A stretch of 63,272 bases of DNA, the filler included, from Lenisia limosa (Eukaryota > Protista > Breviatea), in the NCBI GenBank assembly GCA_001655205.1. It is 10 parts of 10 records of this genome, joined end to end, with 100 filler letters (N's around TTAATTAATTAA, not from the genome) between each part and the next. Parts side by side here need not be neighbours in the genome. Positions count along the whole stretch, not along the records: positions 49,011 to 53,534 come from LPNZ01000524.1; positions 53,635 to 55,747 come from LPNZ01004149.1; positions 55,848 to 58,504 come from LPNZ01001586.1; positions 58,605 to 63,272 come from LPNZ01003023.1; 6 more parts are not named here. One strand, 5' to 3'. The notes beneath the pieces were generated by a model that was given only the letters and a program-made list of their open reading frames with translations, ran no database searches and was not told the origin of the DNA. Position numbers and translations under genes: made by a program. Each line of letters opens with the position of its first letter. Within the stretch, counting starts at the first letter, position 1. Of the stretch, positions 50,140 to 61,039 are shown one piece after another.

Positions 50140-51952
50140 CTACTCGTCTTCTTCGAAGGGCTCCACTGAAGTTCTGATTGAAATCGCGTGCATTTCTGGG
50201 GTGTTATAGGGTAAATGGGTGCGATAAGCTGTGGGGATTAAGTGGTAGGTGTGGGTGGTTAGTATTATTATTGTCTAAAAAATTCCCCCAATCATTTGTC
50301 TCAAAACTCTGTACACACAACTTTCTGCGCGCCTCCCCAACATGTGTATGATATTTTTTCTCGTATGAAAAGAGTTTCCTCAAAAATGGGTATCAAAGGT
50401 TTTACTTCTGTTCTCGATAAATCCTCGAAAACTATCGATATTTTACCGATTGTTTCGAAACAAAGTGAAGCCCTTGTCACAATCCTACGTTTGATCTCCT
50501 CCTTCAGAATGTTGTTTACAGCGCGTTGTTGCTTCAAAAGGTTCATACCTTCAAATAATAAATCGTGATTCTGCACAAAAGGTTCACTCATGACACTACA
50601 CAAAATATGTACAAATCAAAATTCTGATAACAACAGGTTCCACTTTCTACTGTTTAATACTATGTAGAGATGGGAGTATCTGGCCGAAGTCGTTCACACC
50701 ATCACGCTTATAAGAGATATTGGATTGTATTATTTGGCCAAAGCCATCCACAACATCTTAAAGAAAGGTATCCTATCGATAAACAACAAAATATGGGCCC
50801 AAGATAGGCTAAAATAAATACTCCAAGATAAAATATGATATCTATTTACGATTGATATGGATAAAATCTAGAAGACCCATAAAAATACTATGATATACAA
50901 AAAAGATAAATCCCCACAGTCCCATTTAACTTTCCATGATATAATGATAACGGAAATGAAAAGTGCACTAACTTAATATATCAAGTTACATCCTTGAAAT
51001 TGGACCCACACCACCCTCCAAATTACCTGCGAAATCAGGGGAAGATACGCGGACGTTGAATGCGGAACCACAGCCTCCTAGAATAGTTACATACATGAAC
51101 GTAATGAACCTGGTTTAGAGACCTACTTTAATGTACATAATCATGTACACATTGTATACAATAGATATAAAACGTGATTTGCAAAGGATAATTTCACCCT
51201 GTACACAGTGATTGTGCTAGGTTCTGACACGATTGGCTAAAGATAAAACTCAATTTCTGTGTCAGAACTTATCGCGGTTAATAGAGAGCGTAGAGTTTAA
51301 TCCTATTCTTAATAACCAGTAATTCGGGCTTCCCTACCGTACCAAAATGACTTAATTTCTAGATAAACTCTCGATAAATATCAATATTTTGACGGTTTTT
51401 TCGAACCGCAGGGAAGCCCTATTACTAATACTAAAATTATTTATACCACAATTCCCCCCCCCACCCGACACATCCCGAACATCGACAATCGCGTCAGTGA
51501 AGTTGTCAGTGCATCTCTGAATGATCGTGTTTTCAAAATCTGTGGCCATACCACGACCTGAGGGTGTAAAATCAAGGAAATTTCGATGGATACTGAAGAA
51601 GAAGCAAGGTTATACCTGGCCCAAGCTACCCACGCCATCAAGCTTACAAGATATATTGGATTATAGTCTAATACATATTAATTCTCACTTTCTTGATATA
51701 TTGTAAATGCAAAGAAAATGTAGATTATGTAAAGTGTGGAAGAATATGTAGCAAAGACAGTTTAGAAGTATAATTATTTTGATACAATGACATTTCTGAA
51801 GCCGTAGTAAAACAAAATAAACTAAAACAAGAGAAACCGATTTCACCAAAAGTTCCATCGTGAAGCCCCGGCATACTAAGAAACGAAAAGCCAGAAACGG
51901 AAGGTGTCCGAAGAATAGCAGGGGCAAGGCGGGTGAGAGAGGCGCGAAGCAT
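50140..51952 (-). CDS. BOLA3: BolA3-like mitochondrial Fe-S cluster maturation factor
   Basis: Spliced MLRASLTRLAPAILRTPSVSGFSFLSMPGLHD (presequence-like) | GRGMATDFENTIIQRCTDNFTDAIVDVRDVS | GGCGSAFNVRVSSPDFA | GMNLLKQQRAVNNILKEEIK | EMHAISIRTSVEPFEEDE*. The D.SGGCG, F.G...L.Q...VN..LKEEI..MH pattern is BolA3-type. Confidence 0.88.
50395..50475. mobile_element. MITE family A, degenerate copy in BOLA3 intron
   Basis: Core TCTCGATAAATCCTCGAAAACTATCGATATTTTACC plus right TIR TTTCGAAACAAAGTGAAGCCCT. Confidence 0.7.
51326..51421. mobile_element. MITE family A, subfamily 2 (GGGCTTCCCT... termini), in BOLA3 intron
   Basis: GGGCTTCCCTACCGTACC...TTTTTTCGAACCGCAGGGAAGCCCTA. Confidence 0.75.
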
Positions 51953-52953
51953 TGTCTTCTAGAGGGTCTTTTTGACTAATTAAGACGTAAAGATGTGATT
52001 AGGTGAGATGGAGCGATAGAAGAGTCTTCAGCGAGTAACGCAGTGATGACGATGTTGATGTGATCTACCGAATGATATCAGGTTGATTATTTGCGTCGCC
52101 GTTTCCTTCTCTTCCAGTCTTTATTAAATCAATAAATCAATGCAAGCAAAACAAAAAAATAAAAACAAAAATGGATCTGGGGAGGGGGGCGCCTTCTTTG
52201 TTATTTTTTGTAAACAAGTAAAAGACATATATTGCACTATCAACTTGAGGTACACAGTTAAGCTGACGAAATTTGGATGAAATGCCAAGTTAAGAATATA
52301 AAAAAGGCCCTATCCCCAATGATTCACCTGGATCTGTAGAAAAACAATGCAACAACAAAACAAAGATAATGAAATCCATTTAAGAAGAAACAGGTACAAA
52401 ACAATAGAACTAGAACACACTCCAAATGCCTCTGTCGTCTACCCCTGAGTAACCTAGGGTGTCAGCAGGAGAAATAGTTCCAAAACCTGGCTCGATCGAG
52501 GGACAGAAATGAACATAACCGAGTGTCAATTGTGTGATTTAAATTAAGTGTAATAAAAGGCTATTATTGAGAAGAGAACAACAGCTATGATTTTCATAAT
52601 GACCAAAATCTCAGTTACAATCTCATCAAAAGTAGTAAAAAGATGATTTACGTTCGATATCCGTTAGAACTATAACCTGCTTTCAGTACTTCGCGCGCAT
52701 TGATTCGGAATTCTAATGAAAAAAAAATTTAGACGCTCATGACCACTATGGCGCATTGGCATGGGATTATAACGAAACAGGTGATACTTCCAAATTTTAA
52801 CAAGTTAATCTCATGTAAATAAATGAAAATCTGAAGATTCCCAAATACTACATGATAACCCAATTCGATGCGCCTTATGATATGTTTCGTCAGTCAAAAA
52901 GAGAAATGGTATTACGAAAGAAAATGGTATTATCAGAAAAGTAAAACCCTCCC

Positions 52954-53049
52954 TCAGACCTTGTCAAATTGCTGCTGTGCAACCTCAAGTTTATTGTAAA
53001 GGTCCAGCAGCTCAGCGTGATTCATTTCAACCGTCAACTGCTCGTCCGA
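52954..53049 (-). CDS. COMMD10: COMMD10-like protein, last exon (upstream exons largely beyond scaffold end)
   Basis: SDEQLTVEMNHAELLDLYNKLEVAQQQFDKV* resembles the remembered COMMD10 C-terminus ([25 protein letters not shown]). Confidence 0.65.
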   Translation of the reverse strand, partial: SDEQLTVEMNHAELLDLYNKLEVAQQQFDKV

Positions 53050-53159
53050 CTAAAACGTGAAGGTTCATCTTCAGTAGAGTATACAGTATAACGCCTATTT
53101 CGCTAAGTAGGGTTTGTCAAGCTTCCATGTCATTTAGTGAGAATGTAGAGTAATGCTGG

Positions 53160-53300
53160 AGAGGCACGCAGAAAGCTGTGTACAAAGTTGTAAGGCAAAT
53201 GATTGGTGAATTACTATACTATAATCTAATACCTCTTATAAGTGTGGTGGTGTGGACGGCTTCGGTCAGATACAACCTTTTATTTCCCATTGATATATAT
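53160..53300 (+). repeat. Dispersed repeat family B (~140 bp); other copies 3125-3255(+), 26163-26206(-), 42751-42830(+), 43509-43631(+), 44769-44815(+), 50676-50740(-), 61545-61600(+)
   Basis: Shared GAGGCACGCAGAAAGCTGTGTGCACAGAGTTGTAAGGCAAATGATTGGGTGAA...TATAATCCAATATCTCTTATAAG.GTGATGGTGTGGACGGCTTCGG(C/T)CAGATACAACCTT...TTCTCATTGCTATA. Confidence 0.8.
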
Positions 53301-53476
53301 GGAATGGTCTTCACCCCCTCCCCCACCACAACCTGCAATCTAAATATTGTTGCAGTCTTTTATCAATTTTAACAAAGATCCCTACACCGCCCTGGCAGTC
53401 TTGAACAAAACTCCCAGCAAAATAAGAGACTATCCATTTAGATTAAACTCACGATCTTGGTGAGAATTTGTATATA

Positions 53477-53529
53477 CAGTGACCGGGACAAGTCTTGACC
53501 GATTTGCTGAAAGTCGATCACGGTCACTG
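53477..53529. mobile_element. MITE family D, internally deleted copy
   Basis: TA-CAGTGACCGGGACAAGTCTTGACC...CGGTCACTG-TA. Confidence 0.75.
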
Positions 53530-53736
53530 TATATNNNNNNNNNNNNNNNNNNNNNNNNNNNNNNNNNNNNNNNNNNNNTTAATTAATTAANNNNNNNNNN
53601 NNNNNNNNNNNNNNNNNNNNNNNNNNNNNNNNNNATACATTGAACTGAGAAATAATAAATCAATTGGCTAAAATATCAAGGGTGATGCTTGGTTCCATAA
53701 TCCAGAATATTGGCCAAACATAATAATATGTCAGAC

Positions 53737-54983
53737 CTTTGATGTTGATGGTGAGTTTGCCCTCCACGCCGCCGACTGCGAACTGTTTTGTGTTCTTTCT
53801 GATAAAGTCGGGGTCTGCGGAGTGAACAGTGAAATAGACTCTTTGTTGAACTCCTGTTAAGTTTTATGTATCCCTCTGTAATAAAATACAAAAACGAACA
53901 ATTGTTCCCCTTGAAACGACAAACACGCCACCCACCAAGTGCCACTGATTTCAAAGGGCTGTGATAGCTGTACTCAAAGGTGTCGTTTGTGTAGAGACTG
54001 TTGATAACGACTCGGCCTGAATCGTAAAATGCGGATTTTCATTTTTGATCCTCAAATAAGCTACCAAGATATCAAAACGGAATGAAACAATACCCAGCAC
54101 ATCCTCTACATTTAAGAACTGTCAGCATTATGCCAGAACCATGCCTGCCCACCCAAGTCAGTGCAAGAAGCAATGTATTCTCCAAGCGCATCACAGGACA
54201 GATCTTGAATAGGGGCATTGTGTGAATGGAATCTCCTGAAATATAAACACCAACAGAAATGGGAAACAAAACGAGGCAGTTAATGGATAGATAGAATTCA
54301 AATACTCGATCCAAATGAAATGCAGGAAACGGAAGTGATTTGTTAATGTAATAATAACCTTGATGGTTCCGGTTTTACTTGAAATTAATCTATAAGATGG
54401 TTATTAATTATTTCAATAAACCATTAACACAAAACATCTCTAAACTCCGAATATCATATATGATGGACTGGGAACCATCGAAATAATTTATAGGAATGCA
54501 AGAGAAAAAAAAAATACCAAACGCCTTCATTGTACTAATCACAATGCTTTATATGAATAAAACGCAACGAAGATATCCTCTCCTTCATCCCCCAGACTTG
54601 ATCTCGTTACCATGGAAGTCGAGAATGAAGACTTGTCCAAGTTGAGTTCCAAGAGCCTGGACAGGTTAGAATCAATCGGCCATCGCTAAACAGCTGCTTT
54701 AATATTGTTTAAGATTATAAACCGGGGAATGGCCAACCAGAAAGCGCTCATGTGCAATCATACAAGTCGCAGCGTCACTACTTTTGAACACCTCCCCGAT
54801 AGATTGTGTCATTCTAAGAAATTAACATTATTTTTAACAACAAAAGCCGCCAACATACCGTGAGTACTTCAGAGTTGGTTCTTCTTCTTCCTCCTCTTCT
54901 TCCTCCTCCTCCTCCTCTTCTTCTTCTTCAGACCCATACTCCTCAGAGTAGGCGTCTTCGGCTCGCTCCTCCTCTGTACTCAT
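53737..54983 (-). CDS. VPS41: VPS41 (HOPS subunit), 5' part
   Basis: MSTEEERAEDAYSEEYGSEEEEE...EEPTLKYSR | FKSSDAATCMIAHERFL | HSHNAPIQDLSCDALGEYIASCTDLG | RVVINSLYTNDTFEYSYHSPLKSVAL | DPDFIRKNTKQFAVGG: acidic N-terminus, EP.LKY.R motif and WD40 propeller as in Vps41. Confidence 0.9.
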
Positions 54984-55989
54984 CTTCCCTGCTCTAACAG
55001 CAACTATACAATTTCTGTCCAATAAACGTCTGTTTCGATCTACATGTCTTCACACTATTCAGAGCTCCTTGTTGTTAACTAAATTAAGTTGATTTTTTGA
55101 TGTTTGAAAAAAAAAAAAAAAAANNNNNNNNNNNNNNNNNNNNNNNNNNNNNNNNNNNNNNNNNNNNNNNNNNNNNNNNNNNNNNNNNNNNNNNNNNNNN
55201 NNNNNNNNNNNNNNNNNNNNNNNNNNNNNNNNNNNNNNNNNNNNNNNNNNNNNNNNNNNAATCAATGAATCTTAGTGGCCCAAGAAGTTAAAACAGAGAC
55301 TTTACTGCAAAAATATACCGTCCCCAAGCTTAGGGACGGTTTTGGAGTTCTGGATGTGCATGTACCAAGGCCCCAGTCAACAACCTCCATTTTACTCAAT
55401 TATGTGATCACCCTGAATTAGAGTCTAGTTAAAAACTAGTATAAATAAACTATTATCGTATCAAAAACTAGGGAGACACTCGTCAGGGTTCTCCAATATC
55501 GTATGTAACACACCTGGATTGTGAGGGACACTGCAAACTGAGAACTCTGCTCAAAAATTTAGTCATCCTAACCATGAACATGTTTGGCATCTTCCAGCAT
55601 TTCCATTACTCCGTCTCGCTCATCTGCAGGGTGAGTATTCGCAATAAACATGTGCTTAAAACGTAACATGTAAATATCCAGCACCATCTGTCAAAGCCCT
55701 ATAATGAAAGATACTCCAGAAACCCAACCAGCCCCACGATTTCGAATNNNNNNNNNNNNNNNNNNNNNNNNNNNNNNNNNNNNNNNNNNNNTTAATTAAT
55801 TAANNNNNNNNNNNNNNNNNNNNNNNNNNNNNNNNNNNNNNNNNNNNAGAAGCACAGGCGGTGATTCAAGATACTACACACCCCTCCAACATTCAACATT
55901 GTCTGAACGTCTCTCAATGAAGGTACTTCTCTTCCCACGTCATAACAAATAATCTTCAAAGATGCAATTTTTCATGATTTGCAAGGTTA

Positions 55990-57600
55990 TCAAACCTTGT
56001 CCTCTGTTTTCTGACCTCAATGCGAAGCCACTCATACTTGTGTTGCTTCTAAAAAAAAGTGATTATTTTGAATACTGGTTCAATTGTGCTAAAGAGTAGA
56101 TCCTGATTTCGCTCCATACCGTGATACAGCGTAAATTTTATACCATTCAAGGAATAAAGATATTAATTTTTTTATTTTGTACCTTCACCTACTATATGTA
56201 TATCATAAGACATTGACCCTAAGAAAACAGAAATCTCATATTCAATATCAAGGCAACTCATACTTGAGAAGATCTTCTTGTGCGCGTTTAGCAACACCAT
56301 GTAAGAATGACTCCCTGATAAAGTTCGTTGCCTCTGAGTCAGATGCACGACGCATCTTTGGCCTTCCCGAATTTACAAGTTCGGCTTCAATAATCAACAA
56401 CACAGTTGTAAGCAAACGGGAATCTTCAAGCGGAAGCAACTCAATTTGCTCAATTGTGACGTTGAGGCCTTTGAGTTCAGTTTGGAGTTGCCAAACTATT
56501 GAATAAAATGATTGGCGCTCATTCAGTAGTTTCTAGAGAGAATCAAGCCAAGGAATACGACTCTCGAAGACAGAAAGAAATGCAAAAATACAATAACTTT
56601 GGTATCTGCCTTGAAGAACTTCTCCTTAAAAGGCTTGAAGTGCTTATTTTCTTGTTATAGCTGCTGGACAAAGTTGAAACATGCGTCATGTACAAACGTC
56701 ACACAGGTACCTGCATAATTTAGTGAATGACAAGGTCCAAATGTGAGTTGCAGACTCATCGTCTGTTTAAACCCGATTTGACTCAACATAATTACTTGTT
56801 TTGTCCATCGAGAAGCGAGAGATACTGAATGAAACCCGCGGAAAGACTCAACAGAGTGTATTCCCCAGATATAATATATTCTACTACCCTATGATATATC
56901 TAAGCCCCTTGGCTAATCTTGGGATCTTGGGATCTTGGGCAATCTTGGGCTCTTATGCTAATCCAAGCAATCCAAGGCTAATCTTGTCATCTTGTCATCT
57001 TGTCATCTTGTATCAACCAACTTTGCTCGAATGAATCTGTGTAACTCTGAAGATTTTATTCCCATTTCTTTGTATTCCCCAAAGAATATTGCAGATGGGT
57101 TTGAAGGTCTACTCGAGATTATTCTGGTGAACAATTTAAAAATTGTTCTACATACTGCTGCTGCTAGTTATCGCATTGAAAATATTAAAACATGTGTGTA
57201 TGAAATTTTGCAAGAAGCTATTTTTCACTATCTTAAAACAATGCTACAGAAGATGATATTTATTGAGAAAGAAATTACGATAGAAAGCCTCTTTGTTTCA
57301 AATCATGATGCACTTTACCTGAAGAATCTACTAAATGAAGGTTCTCAGATTAGCATTGATGAACAAGCAAAGCTTAGGGAATTTTATATTAGAAGTTGAG
57401 TTCTTTTCTAATCTTGAATATGTTAGTCAGTGTAACGATGGAACCTTACTTGAAAGAGATTTGGCAAATCTAAAGTCTCTTTTACTAGGTTTTTACTCCT
57501 TTTGTTTTATCAAGCCCAAAACCAAATACTGAAAAATGGGAACACACATTGGATATTTCCTCCAACAAGTCACCTTTTTCAATATCAGATTATGTCAGGT
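55990..57600. pseudogene. Two divergent decayed reading frames (minus ~56000-56760; plus ~57020-57600), unidentified
   Basis: Minus: TCVTFVHDACFNFVQQL*QENKHFKPFKEKFF...[frameshift]...IVWQLQTELKGLNVTIEQIELLPLEDSRLLTTVLLIIEAELVNSGRPKMRR. Plus: ORF 56992..57399 continuing past stops and frameshifts. No clear introns. Confidence 0.35.
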
Positions 57601-58604
57601 TGTTTCATGTAGTGTAATCTTCCTCGCACATTGCCCCAATGTATACTTGCCCTTAATCTCTATTCTGTTATGGGAAATATAGCAACTAATAACTATGAGT
57701 AAATTCAATAATCTTAGTCATAGTTTCAATAGTGCAACATTTCTATTTATTGTTTCACATGCAACACTACTATTCACATGCGCAACGTTTCTTTTTAGTG
57801 TTCCAATTGTGTGCCTCTTACATCGGAGTACGAACTTATTTTTGCCGCTATTATTCTCCTTATAGAATAATGTAGTCCATTTTTTAATAGAAATTGAACC
57901 AGATTGCACCCAGTGGAAAATATTGATAATTATTACTGGTTTTTTTGTTATTATTGAATTTTGAGAATAATCGTATTTTTTAATGGGTGCAAACTGGTTT
58001 CCATTTATATATATATATACTATATAAATGGCCATAGTATTGTATTGTGATGTGAATAATATTATGATGATTAAATAATATTATGATGATTGACTAATGT
58101 TATATAAAACAGTTTGGTAAACACCGAATACATAAGTGCGTACTCTGATGTCTTATCAGTGAGTACTCTGATGTAATTCCCCAATTGTGTTAAATGTCTA
58201 TTCATTCAGTATTTCATACCAAATATCTTTCACATGTGCAGTTAGTACCAGTCCACATAAACATTAATGTCTACCTCTACTCTATTTCTCTTTGCAGTTG
58301 CTGAATGTTGACTCACTACCTCTGCGGTCCTTTCCAATCTCGGTTTAAACAATGGATCACTCAACATGGGCCCCCAGGGTTGATGTGATTTCAAAAGATT
58401 ATATCTTTCAATAACAATCAAGAACAAAGAATAGATATAAGGAAATTGTTTGAGAACACCCAAAACAGAAAAATGAGAGATTAGAGAAAATTGTAACCTC
58501 AAAANNNNNNNNNNNNNNNNNNNNNNNNNNNNNNNNNNNNNNNNNNNNTTAATTAATTAANNNNNNNNNNNNNNNNNNNNNNNNNNNNNNNNNNNNNNNN
58601 NNNN

Positions 58605-59050
58605 CGGTCTTTTTGAGGACCGTCGGGAAGCCCTAGTCATAACCCCCCAACTATTCACACCATAGGATTGATCCTAGACCTTCTTTTCACACCATAGGAC
58701 TAGGGCTTCATTTTTTTTCAAATAAGACTGTTCTCGATAAATCCTCGATAAATATAGATATTTTAACGGTCTTTTTGAGGACCGTCGGGAAGCCCTAGTC
58801 ATAACCCCCCAACTATTCACACCATANNNNNNNNNNAATTGTATTTCACCCTTTTATTCACATATTGGCAAGCCATACTCTTTCTTGTTACCCTTTCGTC
58901 TCCGTATGGTTTATTAAGGCTTCCCTACGATCCGAAAAATAGAGTTAGAATATCATATTTATCGTGGATTTATCTAGAAATTCGGTCTTTTTGAGGACCG
59001 TCGGGAAGCCCTAGTCATAACCCCCCAACTATTCACACCATAGGATTGAT
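58605..59050. repeat. Cluster of MITE family A copies and duplicated flanks in PP5 intron
   Basis: CGGTCTTTTTGAGGACCGTCGGGAAGCCCTAGTCATAACCCCCCAACTATTCACACCATA occurs three times (~58605, 58768, 58984); MITE bodies at ~58701-58799 and ~58917-59014. Confidence 0.75.
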
Positions 59051-60572
59051 GGCAGACCTTCTGTGGTGCGACCCCCAAATCACAAATGGACGTGACCCCT
59101 CTCCCCGAGGCCTCAGGTACGCTGGATGCAGATTAGGTTGTGCGCGCACAACCAAAACTGCCATGTTGTCAATATATTGCAATTTTGACCAGGATTGTAT
59201 TGATGTGTTGAACCCTTCTCCCCGAGTTGTGCCCTCATCAAATGATTATGGTGAACAAAATGTGGTCATCTAATGATTATGTGAATATGATGGGATGAAT
59301 GATGAACGAATTGAGTAACACTTCGATTAATCATACCGGATCTGTGTGTTTCAGCCAATAGAAAGTTGACAGCTTTGTTTCCCTCATGTTTCTCATTTTA
59401 CGCTAGACATAAATAGGTCTCCCTCCATATAATGAATTGAGAAATTATTAACTTTGAATTTCATTTATTTGAGAACTCTATTTCAGATATTTTTTAATTG
59501 TAAATTGTGTCAATTTAAATAATTAACAGCACTGAGCCGAGCCCACTACTGCCTTTTGACCTCTTAGTACCACTTTCGGTCCTGACGTCACTGAACGCTT
59601 CCTTGAAAAGCATGGATTGAGTAAGGGGGGCTGGTGTAGCTTCAGTACCATGTGTAGCTTCAGTACTATCTTATATCTAACTATTCAGAAATGGTGATTC
59701 GCTCGCACCAACAGGAGGAGCAAGGCTACCTCTACAACCACAACAAGAAGTGTTTGACTGTATGCCGACTGGCCTGGGCGTTGTTTTGTTGGAAGAAGCG
59801 ACTCTTTGTTTTGTTGTTTTCAACCTTGTGTGTTTCCTAAATTCAGCCAACGGTGTTGATTCTGGGTTTAATGTTTACATTTTCCATATTTTGCTGCAGA
59901 AGCGGCTGTCCTGGGCTTTGTTTTGTTGTTATCAACCCTTGTGTGTTGTCAGCCAACAGAGTTAATTTGGGCTTTTTTTTTTTATTTCATACATTTTCCA
60001 GTTTCACCCCCCCCCAAAAAAAAAAANNNNNNNNNNNNNNNNNNNNNNNNNNNNNNNNNNNNTGCTCCATCTCCATTCGGCTTAGGGTTTCACTTCGGTT
60101 CAAAAAGAGACTGAATTTCTTTAAAATTTCTCGAAAATTGTCGATATTTACCTTAACTTTTCGAACCGAAGTGAAGCCCCAGTTTGGCCCTTAGTTTTTG
60201 TTTTGAACCCCGTATGTTTCTCAAATATTCAGCTAACAGAGTTGATTCCACGCATACAGTTGCCAATCCCATCTCACGCATACAGGTGTTCTCAGCGCCA
60301 AACTACTGTGACCAAATGGGCAACAAGGGCGCCTTTGTCACCCTCCTAGCCGACGGGTCGCATTCCGTCCAGTCATTCACCCACGTTGTATGCGGGTTGT
60401 GTTTATGTTCTCAAACGGTTGTGCAAAGCGTTTGTAAACGCCAGTTAGCTGTCCCCTTTTGTTGACATCTACTTGTCCCCTAATCTGACCTTGATTGATT
60501 GTATCTTTATTGACCCTTTAGCCCCACCCTGACATCAAGCCCATGGCCTATTCCAATAACATGTTTATGTAA
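59044..60572 (+). CDS. PPP5C: Serine/threonine protein phosphatase 5 (PP5), 3' part
   Basis: GLMADLLWCDPQITNGRDPSPRGL | TTFGPDVTERFLEKHGL | EMVIRSHQQEEQGYLYNHNKKCLT | VFSAPNYCDQMGNKGAFV...FTHV | PHPDIKPMAYSNNMFM*. SAPNYCDQMGNK and PHP..KPMAY are PP5-specific. Confidence 0.92.
60083..60181. mobile_element. MITE family A in PP5 intron
   Basis: TAGGGTTTCACTTCGGTTCAAAAAGAGACTG...TTTTCGAACCGAAGTGAAGCCCC. Confidence 0.8.
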
Positions 60573-61039
60573 ACTATTTTTCTTGTGAACTATTTCTGAT
60601 TAGAATGTATACTATTAGGAATGTAAACGGTTTCATTTGAAGATCAAACAGTTAGTCAAATTTAAATGAGCAAAATGACATCAGATTTCGAAGAATAACA
60701 AACTCTTTTCTCTTTACACTCTCAACAAAGATTATTGTAAGCAAAACCAGCCGCTATAACTATTTACATCAGAAAACAACCCTCAATAGGAACATAGACC
60801 ATCTCCACCAATTACGTTTAGCCAGCCTATTGTGGCAAGGGTGAAATGTAGTGTCGTGGAGAACCCATGGAAGACGCCCTAAAAGATGAGTTTTTTAAAA
60901 TATAATTGAAAGGTCCGCCGTGCATAAGGAATACTCGAACTTGGCACATACATCATTCTATACCCCAGGAAGATAAGAAAATACAATATATTATGTTGAG
61001 CTAAAATATCATCAAATATGAATGTTACTCTTTCTTTTT

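Noticed and set aside
9646-58604. Regularly recurring TTAATTAATTAA motif, and apparent gene clustering across the whole window
   Set aside because: The motif is an artificial joiner centred in N-runs. Genes on either side come from unrelated scaffolds, so no synteny or cluster can be inferred across spacers.
58605-59050. CRISPR-like repeat array
   Set aside because: The repeats are MITE termini plus duplicated intron flank in a eukaryotic gene; no unique uniform spacers and no cas genes.
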